Of a stretch of DNA of 64,000 bases, positions 1 to 9,101 are shown piece after piece (position 1 is the first letter of the stretch; each line of letters starts with the position of its first letter). Both the position numbers and the translations under genes were made by a program. The stretch is from positions 167,204-231,203 of the forward strand of contig OZ246405.1 of assembly GCA_965231005.1 (NCBI GenBank), written 5' to 3'. The DNA is from an uncultured Gammaproteobacteria bacterium. GTDB lineage: Bacteria > Patescibacteriota > Patescibacteriia > Magasanikbacterales > UBA922. The notes beneath the pieces were generated by a model, which saw nothing but the letters and a program-made list of their open reading frames with translations, made no database searches and had not been told where the DNA came from.

Positions 1-12
1 GATCACACCATC

Positions 13-669
13 GTGACAAAAGTGGAGCCAAACATAATTATTAATAATATGAGTAAGGTAGTTGAAATTTTAACTAACGTAGGAGCAGTTCTTCCAAATG
101 ATCACTTTGTCGGAACTTCAGGCCGTCACTTTGATACATATATAAATAAAGATGCACTATTTCCACACACAAAAGAAACATCTGAAATTTGCAAAATGTT
201 CGCTGAAAAATTCAAAGACCTAAATATAGATGTAGTAGCAGCACCAGCAATGGGAGGCGTTATTCTTTCACAGTGGACTGCATTTCACTTATCTGAATTA
301 AAAGGAAAGGAAATATTGGGAATCTACGCAGAAAAAAAAGGAGATGAAATTTTGTTTACTCGTGGATATGATAAATTTTTACAGGGCGCAAACGTACTTG
401 TTGTTGAAGATTTGACTACAACAGGAGGTTCACTTAAGAAAGTCATTGATAGTGCAAAAGCAGCTGGAGCAAATGTTATAGCAAGTTCTGTAATGGTTAA
501 CAAAGATCCAGAAAGAGTAAACGAAGAATTTCTTGGAGCACCATTTTCGCCTCTTGGAATCTTAGAAGTTCAATCATATACAGCGGAAGAATGTGAACTT
601 TGCCAAAAAAATATTCCTGTAAATACAAAAATTGGACATGGTAAAAAATTTCTTGAATCAAAATCTTAA
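13..669 (+). CDS. pyrE: Type I phosphoribosyltransferase, probable orotate phosphoribosyltransferase. The frame is open to the window edge, so the start may be GTG 13, ATG 49, or upstream of the window.
   Basis: PRPP-binding motif VLVVEDLTTTGGS. Sits immediately upstream of pyrF. AT-rich host composition. Confidence 0.6.
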   Translation: MTKVEPNIIINNMSKVVEILTNVGAVLPNDHFVGTSGRHFDTYINKDALFPHTKETSEICKMFAEKFKDLNIDVVAAPAMGGVILSQWTAFHLSELKGKEILGIYAEKKGDEILFTRGYDKFLQGANVLVVEDLTTTGGSLKKVIDSAKAAGANVIASSVMVNKDPERVNEEFLGAPFSPLGILEVQSYTAEECELCQKNIPVNTKIGHGKKFLESKS

Positions 670-678
670 TTTAGGAGT

Positions 679-1446
679 ATGACATACGCAGAGCGCGCAC
701 AACAATGCGCAAATCCGGTTGCAAGACAATTGTTTGAACTCATGGAAGAGAAACAAACAAATCTTTCTATTGCCGCCGATGTTATTACAAAAAAGGAACT
801 ATTGAACCTCGCTGCAACAGTCGGTCCAGAAATTTGTGTATTCAAAACACATATTGATATTATTGAGGATTTTGATACTGAACTCATTACACAACTACAA
901 AGACTTTCTGAAGAACATAATTTTCTTATTTTTGAAGACAGAAAATTTGCAGATATTGGAAACACAGTAAAACACCAATATCAAAACGGAATTTATCATA
1001 TTGCAGACTGGGCACATATTACAAATGCACACACAGTTCCAGGAGCTGGAATTATCGAAGGATTGAAAGAAGTTGGCCTTCCAAAGAAGCGCGGCCTACT
1101 CCTTTTGGCAGAAATGAGTTCAAAAGGAAATCTTGCAACTGGCCAATATACAGAGGCATCATTAAAGATGGCTCAAGAACATAAAGACTTCGTCATTGGA
1201 TTTATCACAATGAAAAAACTTCTTGATGATCCATGCTTTATTAATATGACACCTGGTGTAAAGTTACAAAGCGGAGTAGACAGTCTTGGGCAACAGTACA
1301 AAACTCCAGAGCTTGTAATCACTCAAAATCAAAGTGATATAATCATTGTAGGAAGAGGAATTTATCAGGCTGACAATCCTGCTGAAGCAGCAAGAAAATA
1401 TCGAGAAGCTGGATGGGAAGCGTATCAAAAACGATTAGCATCTTAA
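679..1446 (+). CDS. pyrF: Orotidine-5'-phosphate decarboxylase of the eukaryote-like URA3 type
   Basis: Motifs [41 protein letters not shown] and AGWEAY align along the whole length with fungal URA3. SD is AGGAG. Confidence 0.9.
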   Translation: MTYAERAQQCANPVARQLFELMEEKQTNLSIAADVITKKELLNLAATVGPEICVFKTHIDIIEDFDTELITQLQRLSEEHNFLIFEDRKFADIGNTVKHQYQNGIYHIADWAHITNAHTVPGAGIIEGLKEVGLPKKRGLLLLAEMSSKGNLATGQYTEASLKMAQEHKDFVIGFITMKKLLDDPCFINMTPGVKLQSGVDSLGQQYKTPELVITQNQSDIIIVGRGIYQADNPAEAARKYREAGWEAYQKRLAS

Positions 1447-1451
1447 GAATT

Positions 1452-1486
1452 AAAAAAACAGGGCGAAGGAAAGTCCTGTTTTTTAA
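1452..1486. terminator. Bidirectional rho-independent terminator after pyrF
   Basis: A-tract, hairpin ACAGGGC..GTCCTGT, then T-tract. Confidence 0.7.
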
Positions 1487-1492
1487 TTACTT

Positions 1493-2185
1493 TTACTCGA
1501 GTCCGCCAACAATCTTCTTAAAACTCTTATAATCAGTCTTTGAAATATTCCCTGACTTCCAATGCTTTTTCGCTTGCTTCCCCATTGCCCGTCTATCCTT
1601 ATATGTAAATCCAGATCCTGTTGACTTTCTTTTTGCAGCGTCTCCTATCACACCCTCGAGAATTTTTTTGTCTGAAGCAGACAAGTTTTTGTATGATGAA
1701 CGATTCTTTTTGATAAAACTTTTAAGATTTTTGTGCAACCCACCAAAGCCAGAAGATTTAAATGACTTTCCTTTCATAACTTTGACACCCTTTTCAACAG
1801 CAGCTGCAGCTGCCTCATCTGCTTCTCGCTGTTTCTTTTCTGCCATCATTTCCCGGATATGTGCATATCTTCGTCTGTCTGCTGCTTCTTGATCATATCC
1901 ATCATCGTTTGGATCAATTTGTCGTGCAGCACTGTTAATGGACGTTCTTGCTGCTTGTCGAACACCTCCAGGATGTGCTGCCGAGGTTGAAGGTGCACCT
2001 GATGCTTCTTTTCCAACATGGCCAATAGACGTTTTTGCATTTTCTCTATCCTTGTATTGATTCAATTTTGTTGTATTCAAATTTTGTGCACGACCAATAG
2101 ACGTACTAGGTCTAGTACTACCAGATGAGCCGGTTGGCAGTGTTGGTGGAAGATTTGCAGACATATCTCCACTAATTATTTTCAT
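1493..2185 (-). CDS. Hypothetical Ser/Ala/Lys-rich low-complexity protein
   Basis: 230-aa ORF that overlaps the miaA start by 14 nt on the same strand. No recognisable domain. Confidence 0.45.
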   Translation of the reverse strand: MKIISGDMSANLPPTLPTGSSGSTRPSTSIGRAQNLNTTKLNQYKDRENAKTSIGHVGKEASGAPSTSAAHPGGVRQAARTSINSAARQIDPNDDGYDQEAADRRRYAHIREMMAEKKQREADEAAAAAVEKGVKVMKGKSFKSSGFGGLHKNLKSFIKKNRSSYKNLSASDKKILEGVIGDAAKRKSTGSGFTYKDRRAMGKQAKKHWKSGNISKTDYKSFKKIVGGLE

Positions 2186-3122
2186 TATTTAAAAATTCTC
2201 TGACTAGCTTTTCTGCCTCTTCATATTCACTTATCCATGTAATACGATCATCGCGCTTAAACCAAGTCATTTGCCGACGTGCGAGACGGCGTGTGTCCCT
2301 TTTCAAGTTTTCAATAACTTCTTCAATTGTTTTCTCTCCGTCTAAATATTCTTTAAACTGTCGATATCCAATTCCTTGCATACTCGATCGTTCCCATCCA
2401 TATTTTTGATTCACCAAACCACGTACTTCCTCTTCTAGCCCAAGTTCAATCATTTCGTCAACTCTTTTATTAATTCTATCATATAATTCTTCGCGTGGCA
2501 CATCAACACCAATCATGAGTATATCAAATAAAGGATCACTTTTCTGTCGTTGAGCTGAAAAAGGAATTCCAGTAAATATACAAACCTCGAGCGCTCGAAT
2601 AAGTCGACGCTTATTCTTTTTATCAATCACTTTTAAAATATCAGGATCAAGTTGTCCAAGGAGATACAATAATTCATCATTTGTTTTCCCTTGCAAGCTT
2701 GCGCGTAACTCTTTGTTTGCAGGGACTCTTGGAATAACATAATTATCAACGACTGACTGAATATACAAACCAGTGCCTCCAGAAAGAATGGGGACACGAT
2801 TGTGTGAATGAATAAGTTTTGTAAATTTAATTGCACTATCACGAAATTGAGCAACAGTAAACTTCTTTCCTGGATCTAAAAAATCTATAAGATAATGTGC
2901 AATATCATCGATAAAAAAGGTCTTTCTCAGACGATTCCATTGCCATTTTCCTGCTGGTTTTGCCGTTCCAATATTCATTTTCTTGTAAATTTGTCTAGAA
3001 TCAGCATAAATAATCTCACCATCAAATTTTTTGGCAAGTTTAAGACTCCATGCTGTTTTTCCAGCTGCAGTTGGTCCAACTATGACAATGAGTTTTTGTA
3101 ATTTTGTATGTTCCTTACGCAT
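2172..3122 (-). CDS. miaA: tRNA dimethylallyltransferase
   Basis: P-loop GPTAAGKT at the N-terminus with IPPT-family motifs along the length. About 316 aa. Confidence 0.9.
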   Translation of the reverse strand: MRKEHTKLQKLIVIVGPTAAGKTAWSLKLAKKFDGEIIYADSRQIYKKMNIGTAKPAGKWQWNRLRKTFFIDDIAHYLIDFLDPGKKFTVAQFRDSAIKFTKLIHSHNRVPILSGGTGLYIQSVVDNYVIPRVPANKELRASLQGKTNDELLYLLGQLDPDILKVIDKKNKRRLIRALEVCIFTGIPFSAQRQKSDPLFDILMIGVDVPREELYDRINKRVDEMIELGLEEEVRGLVNQKYGWERSSMQGIGYRQFKEYLDGEKTIEEVIENLKRDTRRLARRQMTWFKRDDRITWISEYEEAEKLVREFLNNENN

Positions 3123-3189
3123 ATAATGAAGAATCGTCGGTAAGGTATACTACCGCAAGATGAAGTGCTGGTCAAGCTTGAAAGAGAAA

Positions 3190-3222
3190 AGAAAAACCTC
3201 GGCAGTGCGCCGAGATTTTTTA
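3190..3222. terminator. Hairpin terminator between miaA and thrS
   Basis: Hairpin CTCGGC-agtgc-GCCGAG flanked by A and T tracts. Confidence 0.7.
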
Positions 3223-5016
3223 TTAAGATGTTCGTTCTTTTACTTCTTTTTGCAATTTTTCTATAAATGCTTGCTTTTCAATAGTCTCTTGCTCTTCTTG
3301 TCCACGAATTCTTACTGTCCATGCTTCTCCACTTGCTTCTTTATCACCTATAACAACAATGTATGGAATTTTCTGTTTTGCAGCGCTTCGAATTTTCTTT
3401 CCAACACTTTCGTCAGAAATATCAACAGCAACACGCAAGCCAAGATCTGAAAATTCTTTTGCAAATGCCTGAGTTGCGTCTACATGTTTTTCTGAAACAG
3501 CAACAAATTGAACTTGCGTTGGTGAAAGCCACACAGGAAACGCTCCAGCATGATGCTCAATAAAGATAGACATAAATCTTTCAATCGAACCCATAATAGC
3601 AGCATGAACCATTACAATTCTTTCTTGTTCACCTTTCTCATTAATACAGCTAAGGTCAAAACGTTCGGGTAGGTTAATATCTAGCTGGATTGTTGCAACC
3701 TGCCACTCTCTGCCAATAGAATCTTTTGCAATAAAATCAACTTTTGGACCATAAAAAGCTGCTTCACCAATTTCCTCAATATAATCAACACCTCTTTCTT
3801 CTGCTAATTCCTTAATTGATGATTCTGCCTCTTTCCAAAGCTCTGGAGTTCCAAGATACGCATCAAAATTATCTGGATCATGAAGAGAAAGTCGGACAGA
3901 AAGTCCTTCAAAACCAACAGCTGGATAAAAAATATCAATTATATCCCAAACTTTCAAAAACTCTTCTTTGACTTGAGACTTTCTACAAAAAACATGCGCA
4001 TCATCTTGGCTAAATGCCCGAGTACGTGAAATTCCATGTAGTTCACCGGTCTGTTCGTCACGATAACATGTTGTGGTTTCTGCGAAACGTATAGGCATTT
4101 CACGATAACTTCTTGGAATCCGTGCAAAAATCTGCGTATGATGCGGACAGTTCATTGGTTTCATTGCAAATTCATGATCTTCGCGAGTAGTTATTTTAAA
4201 CAATTCATCTGAAAATTTCTGCCAATGTCCGCTTGTCTCATATAAGTCCTTTTTTGTAATGTGAGGAATTGTTACTTTCTCATAACCACGCTCGTGTCTT
4301 AGTTCCCATATAAAATCATCTAAAATATTTCTCAACAAAGTTCCCTTCGGTGTCCAAAGAGGAAGTCCTCCTCCTACAAGATCAGAAAAACAAAACAGAT
4401 CTAATTCCTTTCCCAGCTTTCTATGATCCCGCTTTTTTGCTTCCTCAAGCATGGCAAGATACTCATCTAATTCTTTCTTGTTTTCAAAACAAATTCCATA
4501 CACGCGCTGAAGCTGAGGATTGTTTTGGTCCCCGCGCCAATACGCTCCTGCTAACTTTGTTAGTTTAAACGCACCAATTTCTTTTGTACTTTCAACATGA
4601 GGTCCACGACAAAGATCAATAAAATCTCCTGTCTTGTATACAGAAACGTTTTCAACAGAATCACCAAGGTCTTGCAATTCTTCTTCACTCATCTTTGTTG
4701 TTCCACGTTCTTTCAAATCTTTTAACAAAGAAACCTTATAATCTTGATTGTGCTTTTCAAAAAACGTAATTGCATCATCAATAGGCATTTCTTCTCTTAC
4801 AAATTCAACATTGCGAGAAATAATTTTTTTTGCACGCTTTTCAATGCGTTTTAAATCTTCTTCTCCAATAGGTTCTGGTGTGTCAATGTCATAATAAAAT
4901 CCATAGTCAACAACAGGACCAACGCCAAATTTTGCTTCTGGATATAATTCTTGAATTGCTGCGGCTACCACATGTGCGCAAGAATGACGCATGCGTTCAA
5001 TTGCTTCTTTTTCCAT
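3223..5016 (-). CDS. thrS: Threonyl-tRNA synthetase with a shortened N-terminal region
   Basis: Class II core motifs RDHRKLG and HRD..GELHG, plus a C-terminal anticodon-binding region. 597 aa. Confidence 0.9.
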   Translation of the reverse strand: MEKEAIERMRHSCAHVVAAAIQELYPEAKFGVGPVVDYGFYYDIDTPEPIGEEDLKRIEKRAKKIISRNVEFVREEMPIDDAITFFEKHNQDYKVSLLKDLKERGTTKMSEEELQDLGDSVENVSVYKTGDFIDLCRGPHVESTKEIGAFKLTKLAGAYWRGDQNNPQLQRVYGICFENKKELDEYLAMLEEAKKRDHRKLGKELDLFCFSDLVGGGLPLWTPKGTLLRNILDDFIWELRHERGYEKVTIPHITKKDLYETSGHWQKFSDELFKITTREDHEFAMKPMNCPHHTQIFARIPRSYREMPIRFAETTTCYRDEQTGELHGISRTRAFSQDDAHVFCRKSQVKEEFLKVWDIIDIFYPAVGFEGLSVRLSLHDPDNFDAYLGTPELWKEAESSIKELAEERGVDYIEEIGEAAFYGPKVDFIAKDSIGREWQVATIQLDINLPERFDLSCINEKGEQERIVMVHAAIMGSIERFMSIFIEHHAGAFPVWLSPTQVQFVAVSEKHVDATQAFAKEFSDLGLRVAVDISDESVGKKIRSAAKQKIPYIVVIGDKEASGEAWTVRIRGQEEQETIEKQAFIEKLQKEVKERTS

Positions 5017-5021
5017 AAATA

Positions 5022-6743
5022 TTAATTACGTTTAATTCTTTTTGCCTGTTTTCTAGCATCTTTTATAACATCTTTTGCATACGCTAATGGACTTTTATCA
5101 CTCTTTTCAATCATTGTCTGACCATCTACCTTTTCAAACTCTATATTTACCACATGTCCCTTTCCTTCTAACGCTTCCATAAGTCGAAGATCATGAGTGG
5201 ATAGCACAACTGTCCCTGGAAAATCTTGGATCGCTTTTACAACTTCCTGAACAGTTGCCTCATCCATATGATTTGTTGGCTCATCTAGAAAAATGGCATC
5301 AGTTCCTTCGAATAAGCTTGCGGTAAGAAACCAAAGCAATCGCTGTTCACCTCCACTAAAGGAGGCAACAGGTTTTTCAAGAATACCTCTCTCGTCTTTT
5401 GAAAAACCAACACGTTTTAATTCTCTCTTAAACTGATTTATTGTTGCATCACTGTTTGGGCTTGTCTCTTGCTTTACCCAGCTAAAGAAGTCACCAAGAT
5501 TCCCTTCTGCAACATCATCTGGCCAAAACTGAGGCATGTACGCTACTTGAACGCCTTTTTCCTTTCGGATTTGCTTCTCACTTTTGTCAATAATTGCTTC
5601 TAAAAATTTTGTTTTCCCAGTTCCATTCTTTCCTGAAAATACGACGGTGTCACCACGATTGATATCTGGCATTTGTACTTCTTGCAACGGGGAATCTGGA
5701 ATTGTAATTGACTCATCAGCAGTAAACAATGCACCTGACTTTTTTGTAGGATCATAATACTGATCCCATTGAATTCCGCCCTTAATAATCGCACTCGAAC
5801 GTTTCTCCTTCTTCTTATACTTATTATACGAAGAATTAGATGCAACTAATTCACGACTATTTCTTCCCATTTCAATTTCCAATGTTCCATCTTGTCCTGC
5901 TTCTTGTAAAAACCATTCAACATGACTGACATTTACAATTCCCACGCCCGCTCTTTTGTACATTTCAAACAATCCTGTTAATTTTGCAATACTTTCCAAA
6001 TCCAAATGATTTGTTGGCTCATCTAAAAGCATCACATCTGGTTCACTTCCAAGGAGCATCAGTAAAGAAAGCTTTGTACGTTCACCACCAGAAAGTTCAC
6101 TTACCTTTCTATGTTTAAAATCATCAACCTCAAATAATTTTCCAACCTTTCCAACAAGTTCTTCAATACGTTGCTCTGCTTCTTGGTTAACCAAATTTCT
6201 ATCAAAGGCGTCATCGTCTGTTTGTGTCCAATCAACAGGAAAATCTTTTTTAAAGTGTTCAACAACTTGACCAAGTACTTCATCTACTGAAAGATTATCA
6301 ATATCTCCTAGAAGTTCTTCTTGATCTAAACGAGCAATGCGCAATGTTTCTTTTCCATGAACACCCTTTCCATACCCAAATCCACCTCGACCCATATCCC
6401 CAGAACGAAAATTTGCATTTCCTCTTTCCATGAATGCATCAAATACAGTACTTTTCCCTGAACCATTTGGTCCAATAAATGCAACGCTCTTTCCTCCTTC
6501 AATAGAAAGCTTAGGAACATTCACTGGAGGATCGCAACGCTCAACTTTTACGTCTACAGCACCAATAACACTACCACCAACATGACCACGAACATCTCTG
6601 TTCCCATGCCATTGTGGCTTTATATCTACAATATGCTTTTGTAGACATGCAATCAATCCTTCATGAATCTTTTCTTCTTCTTTATTTGGCTGACGAAGAT
6701 CAGGACTAATGCCATATTCTCCTCCCAAATAGCTTTCTCCCAT
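5022..6743 (-). CDS. ABC-F family ATPase with two ABC domains and no transmembrane domain
   Basis: Two copies each of GPNGSGKST/GKNGTGKT, the signature LSGGE/FSGGEQ and LDEPTNHLD. Confidence 0.85.
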   Translation of the reverse strand: MGESYLGGEYGISPDLRQPNKEEEKIHEGLIACLQKHIVDIKPQWHGNRDVRGHVGGSVIGAVDVKVERCDPPVNVPKLSIEGGKSVAFIGPNGSGKSTVFDAFMERGNANFRSGDMGRGGFGYGKGVHGKETLRIARLDQEELLGDIDNLSVDEVLGQVVEHFKKDFPVDWTQTDDDAFDRNLVNQEAEQRIEELVGKVGKLFEVDDFKHRKVSELSGGERTKLSLLMLLGSEPDVMLLDEPTNHLDLESIAKLTGLFEMYKRAGVGIVNVSHVEWFLQEAGQDGTLEIEMGRNSRELVASNSSYNKYKKKEKRSSAIIKGGIQWDQYYDPTKKSGALFTADESITIPDSPLQEVQMPDINRGDTVVFSGKNGTGKTKFLEAIIDKSEKQIRKEKGVQVAYMPQFWPDDVAEGNLGDFFSWVKQETSPNSDATINQFKRELKRVGFSKDERGILEKPVASFSGGEQRLLWFLTASLFEGTDAIFLDEPTNHMDEATVQEVVKAIQDFPGTVVLSTHDLRLMEALEGKGHVVNIEFEKVDGQTMIEKSDKSPLAYAKDVIKDARKQAKRIKRN

Positions 6744-6988
6744 ATAATTGGATTAGTTTATAAAAACAAAACCCCGACACCAAACCTTCTTTTGTAAGAA
6801 GATCTTGTGCCGGGGTCCTTCTCGACAAAATCGAGAGAGACGGTTCCACCCGCTGTTTAACTTTTGGTTGGTTGTCTTACCGCCAAGAGTGGTACCAACA
6901 CGTTTTTGTATAAAAGAGTTCTCAGTCATGACTCTTTTTTCCTGTATACCAAGTTCGTATGGGCTGGCTCTTTATCTATTACAACTCA
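6744..6988 (-). promoter_or_regulatory. Structured 245-nt leader of the ABC-F gene, a candidate attenuator
   Basis: Minus strand carries hairpin CTCGA..TCGAG, then hairpin ACCCCGGCAC..GTGTCGGGGT (6771-6817), then a T-tract. A 58-codon leader ORF (MTENSFIQKRVG...) reads through the hairpins. Confidence 0.4.
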
Positions 6989-7017
6989 ATAATACCTAGT
7001 GAAAGGAAAAATGTCAA
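6989..7017 (-). promoter_or_regulatory. Sigma70-type promoter for the ABC-F gene
   Basis: TTGACA, 17-bp spacer, TATTAT on the minus strand. Confidence 0.55.
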
Positions 7018-7021
7018 TGTC

Positions 7022-7056
7022 TAAAAAAGAAATGCCCCGTGCTTGTAACACGAGGA
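7022..7056 (-). terminator. Terminator of GC-rich cassette A
   Basis: Minus strand CCTCGTG-ttacaag-CACGGGG followed by CATTTCTTTTTT. Confidence 0.6.
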
Positions 7057-7090
7057 CTTGGTTTGAGAAGAATGTCAGAGTGTCTGAGAC

Positions 7091-7759
7091 TTAGCTGTCG
7101 ACGACCGCCAGAAAGAGGTTGTCCTTACCATCAAAGGCTATCTCATCCTTGCTCTCGCAGTTGAACACTGAACTCGTGACATAGCGATCTGCCGCGTACA
7201 GCACACAGGGACTCGTCCCACCAGCACTCACCTTCCAGCCGATCGAGCCTGTCGCACGAACAATCGTGCTTGGCGAGAGGAGTCGGAATACAGGGCTGAG
7301 ATGAACACAGGCGTGCGAGAACTCCCAGATGTTCGCAGGGCGCAGACCTCGTCGGGCCAGAATCTCATGCACTTCTGCGAGGGTGAACTTTCTTTGGAGC
7401 TCACCCCTTCTCCACACCTGACCGATACCCACGATCACCATCGTAGTCCACACAGGCTCACTGCTGGTTGCCACATGTGGAGGAAGAAATGCCTCAAAAC
7501 GCTTCTTGATCTCAGGGTAGGCTCTGACACCGACGTTCCCTTCGAAGAGCCTTGCCTCGCGCATGCGCTCGACTGGGCAGACGTCCATGGGGACTTCGTC
7601 AGGCAACCCCAAGTTGTGGTTCAGACATCCACCAACCAGCATGCGCCACGGCTCATCCAGGAACAGGTTGAACACCGTTGTAGTGCCTGGACCACGCTCG
7701 TGCTCCAGCTGTGCGAGCCGTCCGAATTCTGTATACCGCTTTTTTTTCTTACCACTCAT
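7091..7759 (-). CDS. GC-rich hypothetical protein (cassette A, 222 aa)
   Basis: GC-rich third codon positions against an AT-rich background. SD is GGAGTGAAAG directly before the ATG. No domain recognised. Confidence 0.6.
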   Translation of the reverse strand: MSGKKKKRYTEFGRLAQLEHERGPGTTTVFNLFLDEPWRMLVGGCLNHNLGLPDEVPMDVCPVERMREARLFEGNVGVRAYPEIKKRFEAFLPPHVATSSEPVWTTMVIVGIGQVWRRGELQRKFTLAEVHEILARRGLRPANIWEFSHACVHLSPVFRLLSPSTIVRATGSIGWKVSAGGTSPCVLYAADRYVTSSVFNCESKDEIAFDGKDNLFLAVVDS

Positions 7760-7875
7760 CTTTCACTCCATGCCAACTGACAGACCACACCAACCCTTGC
7801 TCCGTGCAAGGACCAATATAGATTCATCAGCCAACTCATTGACCAAGGGAATCATTCCCCCAACCATGTAGATAC

Positions 7876-7902
7876 ACTATAGAGAAATACTTGTGATGTC
7901 AA
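7876..7902 (-). promoter_or_regulatory. Promoter of cassette A
   Basis: TTGACA, 15-bp spacer, TATAGT, placed immediately after the T-tract of the upstream terminator. Confidence 0.5.
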
Positions 7903-7927
7903 GAAAAAACAAGCCTACACAGCTTGT
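7903..7927 (-). terminator. Terminator of the 7956-9095 gene
   Basis: Hairpin ACAAGC-ctgtgtag-GCTTGT followed by TTTTTTC on the minus strand. Confidence 0.55.
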
Positions 7928-7955
7928 TATTTGTTTCTTGTTATTTGTTAATTGC
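7923..7955. repeat. TTGTTAT/TTGTTAATTG repeat array
   Basis: Sequence GCTTGTTATTTGTTTCTTGTTATTTGTTAATTGC, a member of the dispersed TTGTTAATTG family. Confidence 0.6.
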
Positions 7956-9095
7956 TTACTGCACTGTCTTCACTATCACTTGCACATGATCTGGCACAAA
8001 CGGAACAGTTCGCACCCACACAGGTCTAAACTTCACATCAACACTATAGACATGATCGAGAGTCAACACGTGACGTCGAACTTCTTCTTTTGATTTTCCA
8101 AAGAATAATAATTTCTGTAACTGCTTACTTTCTGAATTCAATCGTTGTACGCCGTTATAAAATACTGCAAGCTCTGCTGTCCCAGCATCCAAATCATATC
8201 GTCGCAAACTGACCGTTGCAGCACCTTCACCTTCTCGCAAAATTGTTACATCGTCGATAACACGTTTCATTAATTTTTGACTTGCCAATTTTTGCACTTG
8301 CTGTGCATCGTATGCCACACCAAGTACTGTTGCGACTCCAGAAATTTCAAATTCAGAAACTTCTTTTCCTATATCACCTATTGTTTTTGTACTTTTTTCA
8401 AAAACCTCGTACACTGCTCGCTTTTCTCCAAATTTCTTTTGCAATTTTTCCTTTGCAAGCTCTTCAATTTCTGCAAGCAATTTTTTCTCAGCAGCATCAA
8501 CATCTGACTGACTAAGCACACCAACCGTTCTTACTCCACCAGTCATAGCATGTTTACTGCTTCCATAAATAAATTTTTGTTTTTCTTTTCGAAGTCCAGG
8601 AATAGTAAACCGATCGACCGCATCAATATTGCCGCTTTCCCCTTTTTTGTCAGCATACACTTCTGCCTCTACAGTACCATTTGCAGGAACCGTAGCTCGT
8701 TTCTTGAGTCGGAACAATGTTCCATCTGCTGTTTGCAATCGTGTTGTTGCAACAAGTGGTTGGGAAATATTTGATTCATTGTGCAAGATTACAATTCCAC
8801 CAGCAACACCTTCAATCTTCTTTTCTCCTGTTGGAGAAAAAGATTTTGTGAGCCGAACAGTTGAACTCGCAATCATTCCATCGACATCACCATCATTTGT
8901 CCCTATCATGACCGTTGACTCAACATCAACTGGATCTTCTTTTGTTGTAATAACAATGGTTGCTCGCTTACTCGACATGAATAAAATAATGCCAAGCAAT
9001 GCGATTGTTAAAAAAAGAAAAGATAAGGCAATCAGCTTGTAAAATCGAACTGGCTGCGCAATTGGTGGAGTTGTTGTTCTTCTACGTGGAGACAT
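7956..9095 (-). CDS. Hypothetical membrane-anchored protein co-transcribed with pilB
   Basis: N-terminal transmembrane helix. Start lies 6 nt after the pilB stop. AT-rich. Confidence 0.55.
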   Translation of the reverse strand: MSPRRRTTTPPIAQPVRFYKLIALSFLFLTIALLGIILFMSSKRATIVITTKEDPVDVESTVMIGTNDGDVDGMIASSTVRLTKSFSPTGEKKIEGVAGGIVILHNESNISQPLVATTRLQTADGTLFRLKKRATVPANGTVEAEVYADKKGESGNIDAVDRFTIPGLRKEKQKFIYGSSKHAMTGGVRTVGVLSQSDVDAAEKKLLAEIEELAKEKLQKKFGEKRAVYEVFEKSTKTIGDIGKEVSEFEISGVATVLGVAYDAQQVQKLASQKLMKRVIDDVTILREGEGAATVSLRRYDLDAGTAELAVFYNGVQRLNSESKQLQKLLFFGKSKEEVRRHVLTLDHVYSVDVKFRPVWVRTVPFVPDHVQVIVKTVQ

Positions 9096-9101
9096 AAAAA
9101 C

